A DNA stretch of 64,000 bases from Lama guanicoe (GCA_013239625.1 MU053594.1:1086536-1150535), one strand, 5' to 3'; shown: positions 37,989 to 51,489, counted from the first letter of the stretch. The notes: generated from the sequence alone by a model not told the origin. Made by a program: numbers and translations.

Positions 37989-39989
37989 GTAACCAGAGAC
38001 AGGGCTCTGATGGGACCAGTTTGATCTTTCGCGCCTGTCATGGTCCAATCAACCTCATCCAAGGGGTGGGTCCTAACTGGACATTATCCTATGGCAACCT
38101 GTGTTTAGAGGAAGGATCAGTTCCTAACAAGATGTGAGAGGATGAGCAGGGGTTGGGAGGATGGGATGAAGGTGGCAAGGATAGATAAAACAGTATTTTC
38201 TAGTTGAGTCTGATTTATTCAGACTAGCTTGCAGGTACCTTTGACTACATAGTCAAGTTTGTGAACAATTAAAATATAATAAAATACTAAAACAAAACCT
38301 GGGTAGGGTATTTACTACATTCTTGACCATAAACATTTAGATATCCTCAGATTTTACAAGGAGGTCAAGATGAGTTACTGATTATGTCCTGAAACGTGCT
38401 TTCCTGAATGCTCCCTGATAACAACCTTATAACTTGTTGGTTTGCATCTTTTTAATAAAGATATGAAACATCTCTGTTAACATACATCTATGTCCAGATG
38501 GTTCGTTGAGATTTACGGTTTGTTGAGATGGGGACTGATGGGGTTGATTGCATCAGCGCAACTGGCCTAGTGGAGGAAATACCATATCGTCGCAGAGGCC
38601 TCTGCAGGGCTGTGTAACTCCCCCCTAGTCCTCCCTGCTCTGAGCCCCACTCCCGCTCCAACCATCCCATGAGCAACTCACCCTCTTATGGACCATCTGT
38701 TGGTTGTGCGAGCAGACTCTAAGGAAAAGAGTAAGAACATTTTGACCAAGCTTTATAGAGGAAAGCAAGCTAATGACTGTCCCCGTGGATAAGTACCATA
38801 TAACCCATTCCATGGATCATGGTCCAAAGGAAGAGGATGTAATAAATGAGAGGAGCAAAGTACTACTTCTTAGGGGTTTAAATGCTCCAACTCCAAAAGA
38901 CTCTCACTACCAGATGAAAGTATCTCCAGTATCTCCAGTGTCCAAAATGATGCTAGAAAGTACATGGGAATGTCTCACCTGCCCCCTTCAGAATTTAACT
39001 CCTTCCCAGCTGCCATTTCCTTGAGGCCAGCAGGTTCCCTCAAGGGTCTCATTCCAGCCTTCTCCTCCCATCTCCCCGGGTGTCCCTGGTTCTAAGACCC
39101 AGCTCATGTACGTGACATTGATATTTCTTGCTGAGAGATGCCAAGTTCCAGCAGATGGGTTTGGCAGCAGCAGGACTGTTGTGAGCACAGCTGGTGGAGA
39201 CCTTCTCGGTGACCTCAACCAAGGGAAGTTAAAAAGCAAATGAGCAAAACAGCCAGCTCTTGCTCTTTTCGGCTTCTTCTTTTTTGGTACATAGCTTTCC
39301 TGAGTAGGAGTTGAGTCTCCCATTGCCAGATTGCCCAGTGAGAATTTACACCGCTTAATATTAATTGAATAAGCATTTGCAAGTCAGATATTTTTTTGAG
39401 AATCAGCAAAGCACAGGATTTTCCTGATAAAAGGCTGTTCTTCTTGGCTTACCCTGGGTTGAGATCTTCCTTGGTTGGCACAGAACTGCTTGTGCTGTCT
39501 CTTCATGTGCCTGTTGCCTGTCCTGGAAAGGGTATAAATATTGACACATAAGTGTGTAGCTCAGGATTTTCTTATTGCACTGTTTCACCTTTCCCCGGGT
39601 ACTAGAGAGGCCTCCTACCCCCCACGCAATTAGCAGCAACAGGCTGCTTGCTGGCACTGTTAAATGAAAAAAAAGAGGAACCACATTGGTTTCTGCTGCT
39701 GTGTTTGCTTATTTTCCCGAGTTTGCTCACAGAACATAAGAAGACCCATTCTAACCACTGCTGTTAAGCCCTGATTGCTGCGACACATTATTAAGAACAA
39801 CAAAGTGGGAGCCCTTTTGTTCTTTGCTCTCTCCCAGAGAACAGCCAACTCCGCCATCCCCCGTGCAAGGCAGATGCTCGCCTGCCTGCCATTTCACACG
39901 TAGTTTGACTCCAAAACCATGCATTTGAGCTGAATGAAGTCGTCTGCGGAGAGTTCCATTGCAGAATGTTTGGATGCACTGGTTTGGTT

Positions 39990-41470
39990 CATCTCATTTG
40001 ATTTCAACATTTGTTTAGGACTTATCCTATGTCTGACTTGGGAGTTGCACAGAAAGCCTGGTCACCAGCCCTGTCCTCAAGGAACTCAGTCCATGGTGGA
40101 GAAAGAGATGGAAATAAAGTAAACTGAAATGAGTTTGAAACAATCGACAAGAAGGAACATAGAGGTTACTATGGAAGCAAAAGGTGGGGACACTAACTCC
40201 ACCAGAGTAAGATGGTAGCTCTTTCTAGGGACAGTGATGATAGAGCCACGTCTTAAAGGAGTAAGAACTTTTGAAACGTTTATTCATCCACTCAACAAAT
40301 ATTACATTTCCCAAGGGCTAGGCATGTAAGGACTCCAGTGAGATGTGGCTAGGACCTGAGAGCAATGCCTGGTGGATGGAGAACTGTCAGGAAGAAGAAA
40401 GACCATGGAGAGAGGCATGGATGGGTGAGAGAAGGTGCATCTGGGAAACTGCTAAAGTAAGGAGTATCGAGGAAAGTGATAAGGCAGGAGATGGACCATA
40501 AGGGATGAGGACTTCGTTCTAAAGTGTCTTTAGACGGAACTTTACCCTGAGGAGGAGGGGAACTGTAAAAGGATCTTAGGAGTGGCATAATCAGAGCTGC
40601 ATTTTAGCAAGACAACCCTGTCCTGTTTAAAGGATAGTCTGCGTGGAGACAGGACGTGAAGAAGGAAAATCAGGTAGGAGGCCACTGCTATGATGAATGG
40701 AGGAAAGCAACAGCCTGGGACTGAATAAAGGTGGTGCTCCTGGGTTAGAGAAGAGGGCATACATGTGAGACACGCTTAGAGTTTAGAAGTGATGGATGTA
40801 GTGGGTGAAGGAGGAGGTGAATGCAATGGCTTCACAATGAGTCCCAGTTTTTGGACCTGGACGACCAGCTAGAAGAGGAGCCTTCTACTGGGCTGGAGAA
40901 GGCTGGAGCAGGAGAGGATTTGGGAAAGGAAGACAATAAGTTATGTGTTAAACAACTTAAGCATAAAAACGCCTGTGAGGATAACTTCTGGGCAGTCAGA
41001 AAGGTGGGTCTTGAATTTGGGAGAAAGGCTGGGCTGGAGGTCCATTTGAGGAATCACCTCCACAGGTGGCAATAAAAGCCGAGGGGGTGGGTGAGAGCAC
41101 ATGGGAGAGCTTGTTTGGGAGGAAAATACAGGAAAGGAAGAAGCACGAGGAAGCAGTATTTAAGGGACAAAGGCTGTTGAAGAGAAGCCGGCAAGGAGGT
41201 CAAGACAAAAAAGAAATTAGAAAACCTGGAGAGAGAAAGAAATCATTCCTTCAGAAACCAAGGGGAGAGAAAGTTTCAGGAAGGTGGGACCGCAAAAAGA
41301 AGGGCTTTAAGCATTTTTTTAAGGAGGTAGGAAAGAAGAAAGAAAGGGAGGGATTGAGGGTGGAAAGGAGGAAGGGATGCTTCAGAGAGGCCAAGGAGGA
41401 TGAAGACCAGAAAGAGCTCTTGGGCTTGTCAATTAGAAGATCACTCTTAGAAAGAGCAGTTCACTGAGGT
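39990..41470 (-). mobile_element. LINE-2 decayed segments
   Basis: ccagccctgtcctcaaggaactcagtcc; gagtggcataatcagagctgcattttagcaagacaaccctg; purine-rich antisense L2 body. Confidence 0.7.
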
Positions 41471-42259
41471 TTCAGAAGATACAGAGATGCCTTCCCAGTT
41501 CAAACTGGTTCATGAAGATTTTGAGAGACGCAAAAAGTGAATGAATGAAAAACCCCTTTGATTTAGTTCATTAAAAAAAAAAAAGCATATCCACACAGGT
41601 CCAGCTTTGTTCAAACTTGAGCAAGTTAGTGTGGTTCAGTCTGCTTTTGATTTATGATTCAGTGCAGTTAATATCTGCTCCCCCAGCCCATGCCTTGCCA
41701 TCGTCTGCATTCTCGTGTGCCAATGGCTGGTTCCTGGTAATACACCTTCTCTAGAAGACACTCCTCTTCTCCTCACTGGTGAGCTTGGGACTTTAGCAGA
41801 TGATCTAGCCCTACAGAGGAGACGTGAAACTGATCTGAGGCATCACTGAAACCAGGAACCCGCACTCTGTCAGGACTTTGCCTGCCTACCTCTCAATTGG
41901 TCTCCCTAATTATCGGCACCTTCTCTCAGATGACTTCTCCATGAGGAGGTGGCCAGGGGCTGACAAGCCCCAATTAAGATCCATATAGTATGACAACCAG
42001 ACAGAGAGGTGACTCAACCTGATCTTGTTAGACTGTCCCTCAGGGAGGGTTATGACCAGCCTAGCTTGGGTTATATGCCCATCCACAGACCAATTGTTGT
42101 TGCCAGTGACATGGAGTTCTACGATTAGCTCATGGTGGACCAGTTATCCACATCTCCATCAGAGGTATAGTCTCACAAGAAGATGCCAGCCTCCAGCAGC
42201 TCCCAAGGGTGGTCTGCAGGAGGAGAAGTGTCAAAGTGCCATCGGAAGAAGCTCTTTCT

Positions 42260-42515
42260 CTTCTGGGTATTGGTCATGTGTCTGTGATGTATGAGGCTGC
42301 TAAAGCCACTTTGCAGCCATGAGGGGAGTCAGCCAACCATCGAGGTGCCACATCTGAGGACATGATAGGGACACAGAGCAGGATCCCCTGGACAGACCCA
42401 ACCCTGAAGCAGCCCTTCCCTGAGCCTTTGAGTCAACAGCTTTTCTTGTTCTTTAGACCAGTTTAAAGACTTTTTTTTTTTTGTAACTTGCAGCCCAAAG
42501 TCCCCTAACTAGTAT
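42260..42515 (+). mobile_element. MaLR LTR 3' fragment (MLT1K/L-like)
   Basis: agccactttgcagccatgagggg...ttgtaacttgcagcccaaagtcccctaactagta. Confidence 0.6.
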
Positions 42516-44044
42516 GGGGTGATTGAAGGTTTCTTCTAGGGAAAAATGAGAGCTATTAAGCAGCCAAGAAATGGTCTCCTAAAATGAGAATGAGTTGCTG
42601 AGTGTGTTGCCGGAGGACATCCATGGCCAGATGTAAGTATGAGGGGACAGCCTTGGATCTTCAATGATGTTCAGTGGAAAGTGTGGGCAGGGGAACAGGG
42701 TGAGGCCTCCTCCTAATTCCTGATCCTCACGGCAACTCTTTCCTACCAATTCTGAGAGCTGGGGCCTGGATCTCAGGGTGAGGGGTACTTGGCTACATTT
42801 TGTGTTAACTCTCTGTCCTCAGGGCCAGGCAGGCTGAGGTCTCCCTTCGGGACAGTGATCTTTGGGGAGGTGAAGCTGGTACCTCAGAGCAGAGGGTCCT
42901 TGCCTTCTATCCCAGTGCCCCTTCTCTGCTTCCTCAGATTAGCATCCTGCTTGCTGTAGGTGCTATGAAGGGAAGGGTGGGCGAAGGTCAGTTCATGAAC
43001 TGAGGGTTCTGTGAAGTGTGGACCCGAGAGAAGGTGCTCTCCGAGGATGAGGGGGCAGCAGGGTAAGTCCCCACATCAGTTGGAAGACTCCAGCTTGGCC
43101 GGCTGCTTGGGAAATTGCTTCTCCCCAGGTGCCAGCTTCTCTCCAGACCTTGTGGCCCAGGGAACCCTCTCATCTCTCTTTCTCTCACCCAAGCCTCAGG
43201 AAAACCCAGGCCCAGGGGACAATGCGGCCTTGTTCCCAAGCCGTGATTTCTGAGTGGCCTCTTGTTTGGGGGCCCAGGGAGCAAGAAGAATGGGCTGTGA
43301 GCAAGGAAAGAACTGCCCTGGGAGCTGAGCTGCAAGTTCTTTTTGTTTCCTGCCAAGTGCCCCTCTAATCTAGGACAGAGGGCCTGCACCCAGCTGGGAG
43401 TCAGAAGGGGCCCTGGCCTCCAGGCTCTGGGCAAGTGGGGCCAGAGTAGGAGGAGGAAGAAGCCCCCGGGGTCCTGCAGGGCGGCTTGGGGTGAGTGTGA
43501 GTGAGCGCTGCTCAGGCTAACCCGGCTGGTGTGCGTGCCCACGTATGTGTTTGCAAATGAGACCACATATGACTCTAGAATATTTGTATTTGTTCTCTCT
43601 GCGACTCCTTGACTCTGGATGAACAGAATTAGAATCCCAAATTCGGTAGGTCTAGCTTGTCAGAAACAGACTCATGCTTACTCTAGCCCAGATGGAGCTA
43701 GACGACCAGTCCTCCGTCTCAGGCATTTGTCCGACAGCGATGTCACAGTGAACCGGCTCGGTCTTGTACGCGGGCCTCCAGGTACAAGACAGATAAGGCC
43801 CGGTTTGTGTGTTGCCTGTGTATCCCATCTGTATGCACTTAACAGACCACGTGCATTTGGCATGGTTTGTGCCTGTTCTGTTGTAATGTGCTGGGCAGAA
43901 CTTTGCAGAAATTCCATCATATGTACTAAAAATGTGTGGACTTTCTTAGACTGTGGACTAGCCTCCTACCAGGCCTCCTATCTCCAGTCCTTTTGTGATG
44001 TTTCAGAGTTCCCTGTACCTTCCTATCAAAACACCCCTAAAATA

Positions 44045-44214
44045 AGAGTTCTCAATCCTGATTTCCTATTAGAATCATCTGGGGAGCCTTTAAAAATACC
44101 GATTCCTGGGCTCCATCCTCAGAGGTTTGAATTTAAATGGTCTAAGTGCCTGGGTCTTGGTGATTCTTTAAAGTTCCTCAGATGGCTCTGACGTACAACC
44201 AGGGTTGAGAACCA
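44045..44214. mobile_element. MER5A-like hAT-Charlie MITE
   Basis: Termini gttctcaatcctg ... cagggttgagaaccac; attagaatcatctggggagcctttaaaaatac. Confidence 0.85.
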
Positions 44215-44332
44215 CAAGCTAATGGAAAGGGGACCACAGACCCCTCTGCTTGGGGCACCGCTCACACTCGGGGTGAGATTTTTCAGACTTTGCCTGTTTT
44301 TTTAATTAAACACTCCGGTGATTTTTTTTTTT

Positions 44333-44510
44333 GCTAAAATAGATAAACAGCAAGTTGCTACTGAATAGCACAAGCAACTATATGCAATATCTTGTAGTAA
44401 CCTATAATGAAAAAGAATATGAAAAGGAATATGTGTATGTGCATGTATGACTGAAACATTGTGCTGTACGCCAGAAATTGACACAACATTGTCAACTGAC
44501 AATACTTCAG
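44333..44510 (+). mobile_element. Young L1 3'UTR fragment (same type as 61437-61878)
   Basis: tcttgtagtaacctataatgaaaaagaatatgaaaaggaata...gactgaaacattgtgctgtacgccagaaattgacacaacattgt; aligns by eye with the antisense copy at 61450-61630. Confidence 0.85.
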
Positions 44511-45318
44511 CTTTAAAAGTTTCATAAATATTAAAATTTTTAAAAATTAATAAAAAATGATATAATTTTATTTAAAAAATAAATGCAATATATTCACACG
44601 ATAACCACAGTATTTTAAATTACTTACCAACGGGTTAAATTTCCACTCCAAGAAGAAGCACCACATTTTTCCTGTGCCTCTCAGCGCCAGCTCACAGCCC
44701 CGTGCTCCTGGGTCTATGCGCTTCCCAGGAATGAGCATAAGGCTGATCTACCTGTATCTCCCACAGAGACTTTCACCTATAAGCCTTTGGGATGGGTTTG
44801 TCAATATTTATCAAGGTAGGAGGTCAGTTTTCCTGAAAGTCCCTTTGATCTTCCCTTCGTTCAAGATGGATAGTGGCTCCCCTTAGCCTGGGACACAGAT
44901 TCTGAAATAGGGCACAAATGTCCAGGTGGCACAGGAAATTACATTAGGAAGTTCATGACCACATTAAAAAAAAAAAAGTAGTTACGTATATTTTTTATGT
45001 GTAGCAGATAAGAACAAATAGGACATAAAACCCGTGATTATTATATTATTATTTCTTAGAACAAGGCTGTTTTTTGAAAAGCAAGAAGTAGTTGTAAATT
45101 TGATTTAAAGAAAATCACTATGTAAACAGTAGTGCTTGGGTACGTGTGTCACTAAGTGATAGGTACATGACTGGATGATGGTATCGAGGCCCTCCTAATC
45201 TGGCCCTGATCTGCTCTTCCAGCCTTATTTCCCCCCTCCCCAAAAAGGGCTCTCTGCTTTGTCAAAAGGCTTACAAATAGTCCTGTATACAGAGATTCCA
45301 TAAAAACATGAGCTCTGG

Positions 45319-45582
45319 TATAGAAAACAAGCTCGTGGTTACCAAAGGGGGGAGGCTCATGGAATTAACAGATAAAACTATTATGTATAAAATACATAAG
45401 CAACAAGAATATATTGTATAGCACAAGGAATGGTAGCCATTATCCTGTAATAATTTATAATGGAGTACCATCTACAAAAGTACTGAATCACTTTGCTGTA
45501 CACCTGAAACTAATATAATATTGTAAATCAACTATACTCCCTAAAAACCAATAATAAAATCCAAAAAAAACCACCCTAAAAC
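45319..45582 (+). mobile_element. 5'-truncated artiodactyl L1 3' end
   Basis: ctgaatcactttgctgtacacctgaaactaatataatattgtaaatcaactatact; 17-bp TSD aaaaac[a/g]tgagctctgg at 45302-45318 and 45583-45599. Confidence 0.9.
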
Positions 45583-45619
45583 AAAAACGTGAGCTCTGGA
45601 ACTAGTCTGCCTGGTTAAT

Positions 45620-45758
45620 ACCAATGGCCCATCCAAGTTCAAGGGGAGGAGGCACAGACACTGCTTCTTGATGGGAGGTTGTATTTGGAAAAATTCTGGA
45701 AGAACATGTAGATGGAGAAAATTATCATGGCTGTTTTGGGGAAATAGAATCTGCCACA
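45620..45758 (-). mobile_element. MaLR LTR fragment (MLT1)
   Basis: ccaagttcaaggggaggaggcacagacactgcttcttgatgggagg...ggaaatagaatctgccaca. Confidence 0.6.
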
Positions 45759-46194
45759 ATCCACTTGATGGATTTCATAAACATTTCCAGATCTTATATA
45801 CATATGTAGGTGAGATTTAGGATAAACAGGCAAGAAACAATCTCTCCCTCCATGGCAAGGACCTGGGAATAACCCAGCTTGACAGAAGAGCCTCGATTCA
45901 GCTGGCCAATTGGACCAATGTGGACAGGGCTTTGACATCTTCCTTCACACCTGTGGAAAGTGCGAGAGACCCAGACAACCTGAGCAGGAGTGGATGATGG
46001 AGCACCCGATGAGCCTGGCTACACTTCCCCGCACACCAATCCTCCAATCCTCTTCCGGTTGGCATTGCACTTTGATCCCTGGAGTAAGTTCCCCTGGCCA
46101 TCCACATCTCTCCTTCACCCTGTGCCTCTGGGGGACATGCCAAAGCTGAGGGGAGAGGGCAGTCACCTCAGGTCCCTGAGGAGTTAGTACAACC

Positions 46195-46375
46195 TAGTGA
46201 GTAAGAGTGAGGTCCTGGAGTCAGACGGACTTGGGTTTGAAGTCTGATTCTGCCAGTGCTGTGGCTCTGGAAGAATCCCTCAGTTCTCTAAGACTCTGGT
46301 GCATCATCAGTTAAGTGCAGGTAATGGTAAGAGTATCTGTCTCATAGGGTAGTTGTGAGGGTTAAATGAGACAAT
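46195..46375 (+). mobile_element. MIR SINE
   Basis: ctggagtcagacggacttgggtttgaag...tctcatagggtagttgtgagggttaaatgaga. Confidence 0.8.
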
Positions 46376-46459
46376 GGAAGTAATACAGATCATGTGTGAG
46401 TGCTTGTGGGCAGGAGAGGAAGACTCAGAACAGAAAGAGTCTTCAATATTGGTCAATAA

Positions 46460-46650
46460 TAACAATTACATGTTTTTGAGTGTTTACTGTATGCCAGGTA
46501 CTTCATTTACATTGATGAATTTAATCTCTGAATGTTTCACGAAGTGAGTCTTTTTAGCTTCATTTTAAGGATGAAGAAAGGGCTCAGAGAGATTAAGTAT
46601 GTTGATCAAGATTGGATAGGTCAGATCTGAACCCAGGTTTTTCTGACTCC
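46460..46650 (-). mobile_element. MIR SINE
   Basis: ttttgagtgtttactgtatgccaggtac...cattttaaggatgaagaaagggctcagagagattaagt. Confidence 0.75.
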
Positions 46651-47049
46651 GGCCTCAGAATGGTCCTCACCTTGGACAGGGCTTCCTAACAGCGAGAGTG
46701 TATATGGGCTCCTGTGGTCGTGCTGAGTGACAGTGAGGGTGTCAGGTGGTCATGGCCGAGTTTGCTGTTTCACATTTCACTGCAGATGGTACCCGGGAGC
46801 CATTGACCATTAACCTTGAGGTCATGGAGGAACATAGCTGCTGTTGTTCCAGGACTCAAATGTGCTTATTTACTCTAGCCAGCGGGAAAATGCCAGTTCC
46901 TGTGGGAAAGGGTGGTAGGGTGAGTGTGTGGAGGGGTGGGTGGATGCAGTGCATGGAGGGGAGGTAGAGACTGGTGCGAAGCATCAGGAAATGTGACTCA
47001 GTGGCCTTTAACCCTTCCAGGATATAACCTGTGCTCTCTCAGCTTGGGG

Positions 47050-47626
47050 CCTTTGCATATGCTATTCATTTATTGATTCAGTAAACCTTTTGAGCCCCAC
47101 TGATATGCTAATCACTTCCAGGTGCTGGGGTAAGAACACAGGGCATGATGGACAAGTTGTGTTCTGTCTTGGAGCTCACCTTCAAGTTGCAGAGGTAAGA
47201 TGGAGACAGAAGATACTCACGTAGACAAATGAGTGAGAAGGATAACCCCAGATCTGTGATCTGCTAATCACTAAGAAGAAAATAAACAAGGTAATGGAAA
47301 AGGGGATAGTCTGGAACACTTCCCAGACCTAATTATCCTTTAGGACGTACCCAGATGGCACCTCCCCTGAGAAGTCTTTCTGGCCCAACAAGTCTAGGTA
47401 AGACACTCTCTAATGTGCTACCAGGGCACCTGGCTAACCACTGTCGTCGCACTTACATTTGTTTGTTTACTCGTGTGTCTCTCACAGGAACCTGTTTGCT
47501 TCTGGAGGACAGGGACCAGACACTGCCCCCAGCACCTGGAAGGGGTCTGACACAGCAAAGGGGCTCCACTATTATTTGTTAAATGAATGGATGGATGGAT
47601 GGATGGATGGGGGGATGAATGGATGG
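47050..47626. mobile_element. Nested L2 fragments (antisense about 47070-47300, sense 3' end about 47310-47590) ending in a (GGAT)n repeat
   Basis: cttctggaggacagggacca...tatttgttaaatgaatggatggatggat is an L2 tail expanded into a microsatellite. Confidence 0.65.
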
Positions 47627-49149
47627 ATATGTTTTGCAGGGTGAGACATCAAGGCTATTTTTAGTGCAATTATGTCCTCAAGATTGTGTGATTTGATTGT
47701 ATTCTCCCAAACTGCTGCTGGCTCTTCTTCTTCTTCTTCTTTTTTTTTTTTTAATATATTTTGGGATTTTAATGAATGAGAATGATTTGCACTGCAGCAT
47801 ATGGCTACTTTAATTAAGCAAAGGGTATCATTTTAGTAGCATAATAAATAGTGTCTAATTTACCAGGCCTCATGTGTATTTTATAAGTATACCATGTGGG
47901 CTATATAAATCTTTCTATATTTGGGAGGGGTGGAAAGAATCCCTTTTGATCTAATGCAAGATAGTGCATGGGAAAAATGAGCTGAACATCTTGGTTGCCC
48001 CTGAAGAGGTGGTTATCCATGCTGGAGTCATCATGGGGTTTCCTGGGCACTTAAAAAGCAGGAGAATTAAGAAAGGAGGGTGGGAGTGGGGAAGAGCCAC
48101 CAGCCAGTGTTCTAGAACTAAGAGTAGCCTTCTATGTTTGTTCCTCATGGAACAAAGCACTGAAGAGGAACTTCTCCATTAGAAGAGGTGTTGCTTGGAG
48201 AGTTGGAAAGAGGCCCTGGGCTCCTGGGTTTTGTTGCTAAGCATTTGCTCAGGGCTGGAGAATTAGAATCCATCTGGGAGAAGGGGCAGACTAAAAATAA
48301 GGCAGAGGGAAAGCAAGCTTAGCTCATGTGCGCAATGGAAACCCAGTAATACTGAGATGCGGCAAAGAAACATTAAACAGATTAGAAATAGACCATGACT
48401 TAGCTGTACAGATGGACAGATGGACCGGCTGGGTCCAGGAGCTTTCAGTGAGCTGGATGCCTCTGACCCAGGACCAAAGGTGCCCTGGCTCCCTGAGAAC
48501 ACTCAGTAGTGCGGGGAGGGCCTTTCCTGGCTCAGCAACCCCCTTCACTAGAGACAAGGACACCTGTGCCCCGTGCTGCAGGACTGGGATGCCCGGCGTG
48601 AGGGGGTCGTCAGGAAGATGGAACCAGGAGAAGGGGGTGCTCTAATGAACCAGTTTTCCCCTACAGATCTCACTGACACTTTCTGCAAACAAATCGACCT
48701 GTGATTGGCCCTCCTCATGGGAGTGGAGCAGAGAAGGATTCATGGAGAAAGTGGACAGAGAACCGGAGTCTGACAGGGTGAGTCCACAGAAGGAGTGGAA
48801 CACGGGCATTGGCAGAAGTGGAGGACCAGTGTGCTCCACAGCATACCTCTTATCCCACTGTGTCAGTTCGATTTCTCCATCATCTAACTATTCCAGAGGC
48901 TTCAAGGAGATGTATGTTTGGGGACAACAGAGAATCCGATCTGTCTGAGCATTTGTAGACAGGCCAGATCAGCCTATTCTGACTTCATATACTTTTGGAA
49001 GGTACAAGAAGATAGGATTGAAGGGTACATCTAGAAGAGGTTGTAGAAAACCTTGAAGGCTTTATCTGTAAATTTTAAAATAAATAAATTTGCTATTTAC
49101 ACCTATGCAAGGCACTCTATTCAGGCTCGGCTGTATCAACAAGTATCTG

Positions 49150-50260
49150 ATTCAACCAAACGGCTACCTAGGCAGCTCCAGCTGGATGTCCCACTGCACA
49201 GGATAGGCCACGTGGCCAGCATGCTGGTCCTCATCTGTCTGCGCAAAGGAGCCCCTTCCCTTCAAACCTTTTCCCAGTTAAAAGCACTCACATGTACCCA
49301 GTCACCAGGGCCATAAACCCAGTTAATTCCAGACAATTCCCTCTCGCTCACTCACCGTGTCAAATCCATCATCATGTCCCATCAATTTCACCATCTAATG
49401 CTTTCTCCAATGTTTCAGCTCCTTTCTAGTTCTCTTTCTCGGACTATTGCATTGGTCTCCTGACTGGTGCCCTGCCTCCCAGCCTGCGCCCCTTGGTCTC
49501 AGAGCCCACACTACCACCATACCACCCCCTGCTTAGAGCACTGCAAGGTTTCTTCAACAGCTAAAGCAATAGTAATTGCCAATTTTTTTTTAACTTTAGG
49601 AAATTTCTTTTTCAAGTAATTCCAACGTATAAAAGAGGTAAGAGCCAAGATGCTCTGACAAGTGTCTCACTTGCTCAGTCGTGCTTCTTATCCCAAAGCA
49701 CCATGAAAGAGCCCAAGTGCTCCTATAAACAGTTTAAAAGCTCACAGGAGATGGCTAAGGCACTTAGCGTGGCTTACATAGCCCTCTATAATCTGGCCCG
49801 GCCCAGCTCTCCGATACCACTTCCTGCCACTCTCTCCCTCACATTCTAGGCTTCTGTTACACTGAACTGGAATGTGCAGTTCTTCCCACACATCTGAAGC
49901 TTCACTCCTCCCTCTCCCTGTGCTTGCCCATTGGAACCCCTTGCCTGGACCATCTTGCTGTCCCCACTGGCCCCATCAGCTGACTGATTCCATCCACCTC
50001 TCCAGACCCTGTTCAGGCATCAGCACCTACCAGAAGCTCATCTGAACCCCAAGGCAGGGCAAACTATCCCAATTTCTCTGTTCCCCAGCCCCACGTCTGT
50101 AATTTGACCGCAGTCCTATGTTGGATGACGTGTGCAGTCTTCCCCAGGAGACTGTAAGCTCCATGAGGATGGGCCAGTAACCCATTCATCCCTCTTTTTG
50201 TCTCCTAGCACAGTGCCAGTGCCTGACACCACGTGGAAGCTCAGTAAGTCTTTGCCTCTC
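49150..50260 (+). mobile_element. LINE-2 decayed 3' portion
   Basis: ggactattgcattggtctcctgactgg; agactgtaagctccatgaggatggg...tcctagcacagtgccagtgcctgacac. Confidence 0.75.
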
Positions 50261-50796
50261 TGAACACCAGGAATGAAGAGCAGTGTCTCCTCTGCCTTCA
50301 AGTAGACCATGCAGACCTTGTGGTGCCACTCTGTTACCTCAGTGATCACAGAATCCCCTCCGCGTCCCACGGCAGGAGACTCAGGACACCAGCATCCCTC
50401 CCAGGGCGTCCAGCTTGGCTTGTGTGGGCGCTGACTGATGGGTGGCCACTCTACCTGCTCTCTGCTTGCCAGGCCTAAAGGACACCCCAGCCCTTATCAC
50501 AGAGAAAGTGACACATCAAATTCCTTGGGCATGAGGCCAGAGAACAGGGCTGTTGAGCAGTGGAAAGAGATTGTTTTAAGACTTTCATCAACATGCAACT
50601 TTTTGAGTAAAAGATGAGCCACGAGGCATTTGCTTCAAGAGCCAGATGCAGGGCTTCACAACCCCGCTCATCCGACAAGACTGAGTCAACCAGGCACTTG
50701 ATATAGGGGATTTAGAGGACAAGGAGCCCAGGTTGCTGTGTCCTTTGGGGGAGAAAGTGACTGAATAGGGGTTTCATAATAGTTGTGGGAAATGGT

Positions 50797-51160
50797 GATT
50801 GACAGGCTAAATGGTCCCTCCCAAAATTCACATGTGGAAGTTCAAAGCCCCACGGTCTCAGAATGCAACGGTATTTGGAGATGGGGTCTTCAAAGAAGCA
50901 AAATAAAGTAAAATTAGGGTGGGTCCTAATCCCATAAGATTGGTGTCCTTAGAAGAAGGGGACATTTGAACAAGGATATGGGTGAAGAGGGAGGACCAGG
51001 TGGAGACACTGGGGGAAGGCAGCCGTCTGCAAGCCAAGGACAGAGATCTCAGAAGCACTCAGTCCTGCTGACACCTTGACCTTGGACTTCTTAGCCTCCA
51101 GAAGTGTTGCTTAAGCCATTCAGTCTGTGGCACTTTGCTATGGCAGCCTTAGCAAGCCAG
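50797..51160 (+). mobile_element. MaLR solo LTR (MLT1B-like)
   Basis: ccctcccaaaattcacatgtggaag...tcagaatgcaacggtatttggagatggggtctt...ttaagccattcagtctgtggcactttgctatggcagcc. Confidence 0.88.
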
Positions 51161-51339
51161 TGGGTATGGGGAGGGTCTCATCTATGTGCAGGTCCTTTGG
51201 GGGCCATAGGGCCCTGAATGCCACTGTCCTCCTCTTGAAGGGTTTCCAGATGCCCTGTCCCCTCAAGGTTGTCTCCTCTTGCAGCGCCTTGTGTTTCTGG
51301 CTTGGCTCTCGTCACACTCTATTACAAGGGCTGTATTTT

Positions 51340-51445
51340 TCACTTTTCCATCTCCCCCTCTAGTTCCTGAGCTCTTTGAGGACAGGGACTGTGTCCCTCC
51401 TATTTCCAGTGCGTGGCGCAGAGGCGGTACTCAATAAATCAATGT
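51340..51445 (+). mobile_element. LINE-2 3' end
   Basis: tctccccctctagttcctgagctctttgaggacagggactgtgtc...tactcaataaat. Confidence 0.75.
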
Positions 51446-51489
51446 TTGTGCGGCTGATAAATTGGAGCTGGGCTCTGCCTGGGTGTTCG

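Noticed and set aside
41066..41467. 133-aa Lys/Arg/Glu-rich ORF
   Set aside because: Read-through of purine-rich antisense L2 sequence.
43751..43805. Hairpin gtcttgtac/gtacaagac as a possible pre-miRNA
   Set aside because: Only a 9-bp perfect stem with large bulges outside it; a few such stems are expected by chance in 64 kb.
43619..44191. 190-aa ORF and neighbouring 192-aa ORF (42988-43566)
   Set aside because: No recognisable domain. The first runs into a MER5A element and the second lies in GC-rich sequence where stops are scarce.
46195..46650. Inverted MIR pair as a dsRNA/editing substrate
   Set aside because: The copies are too diverged to pair extensively, and this arrangement is common in MIR-rich DNA.
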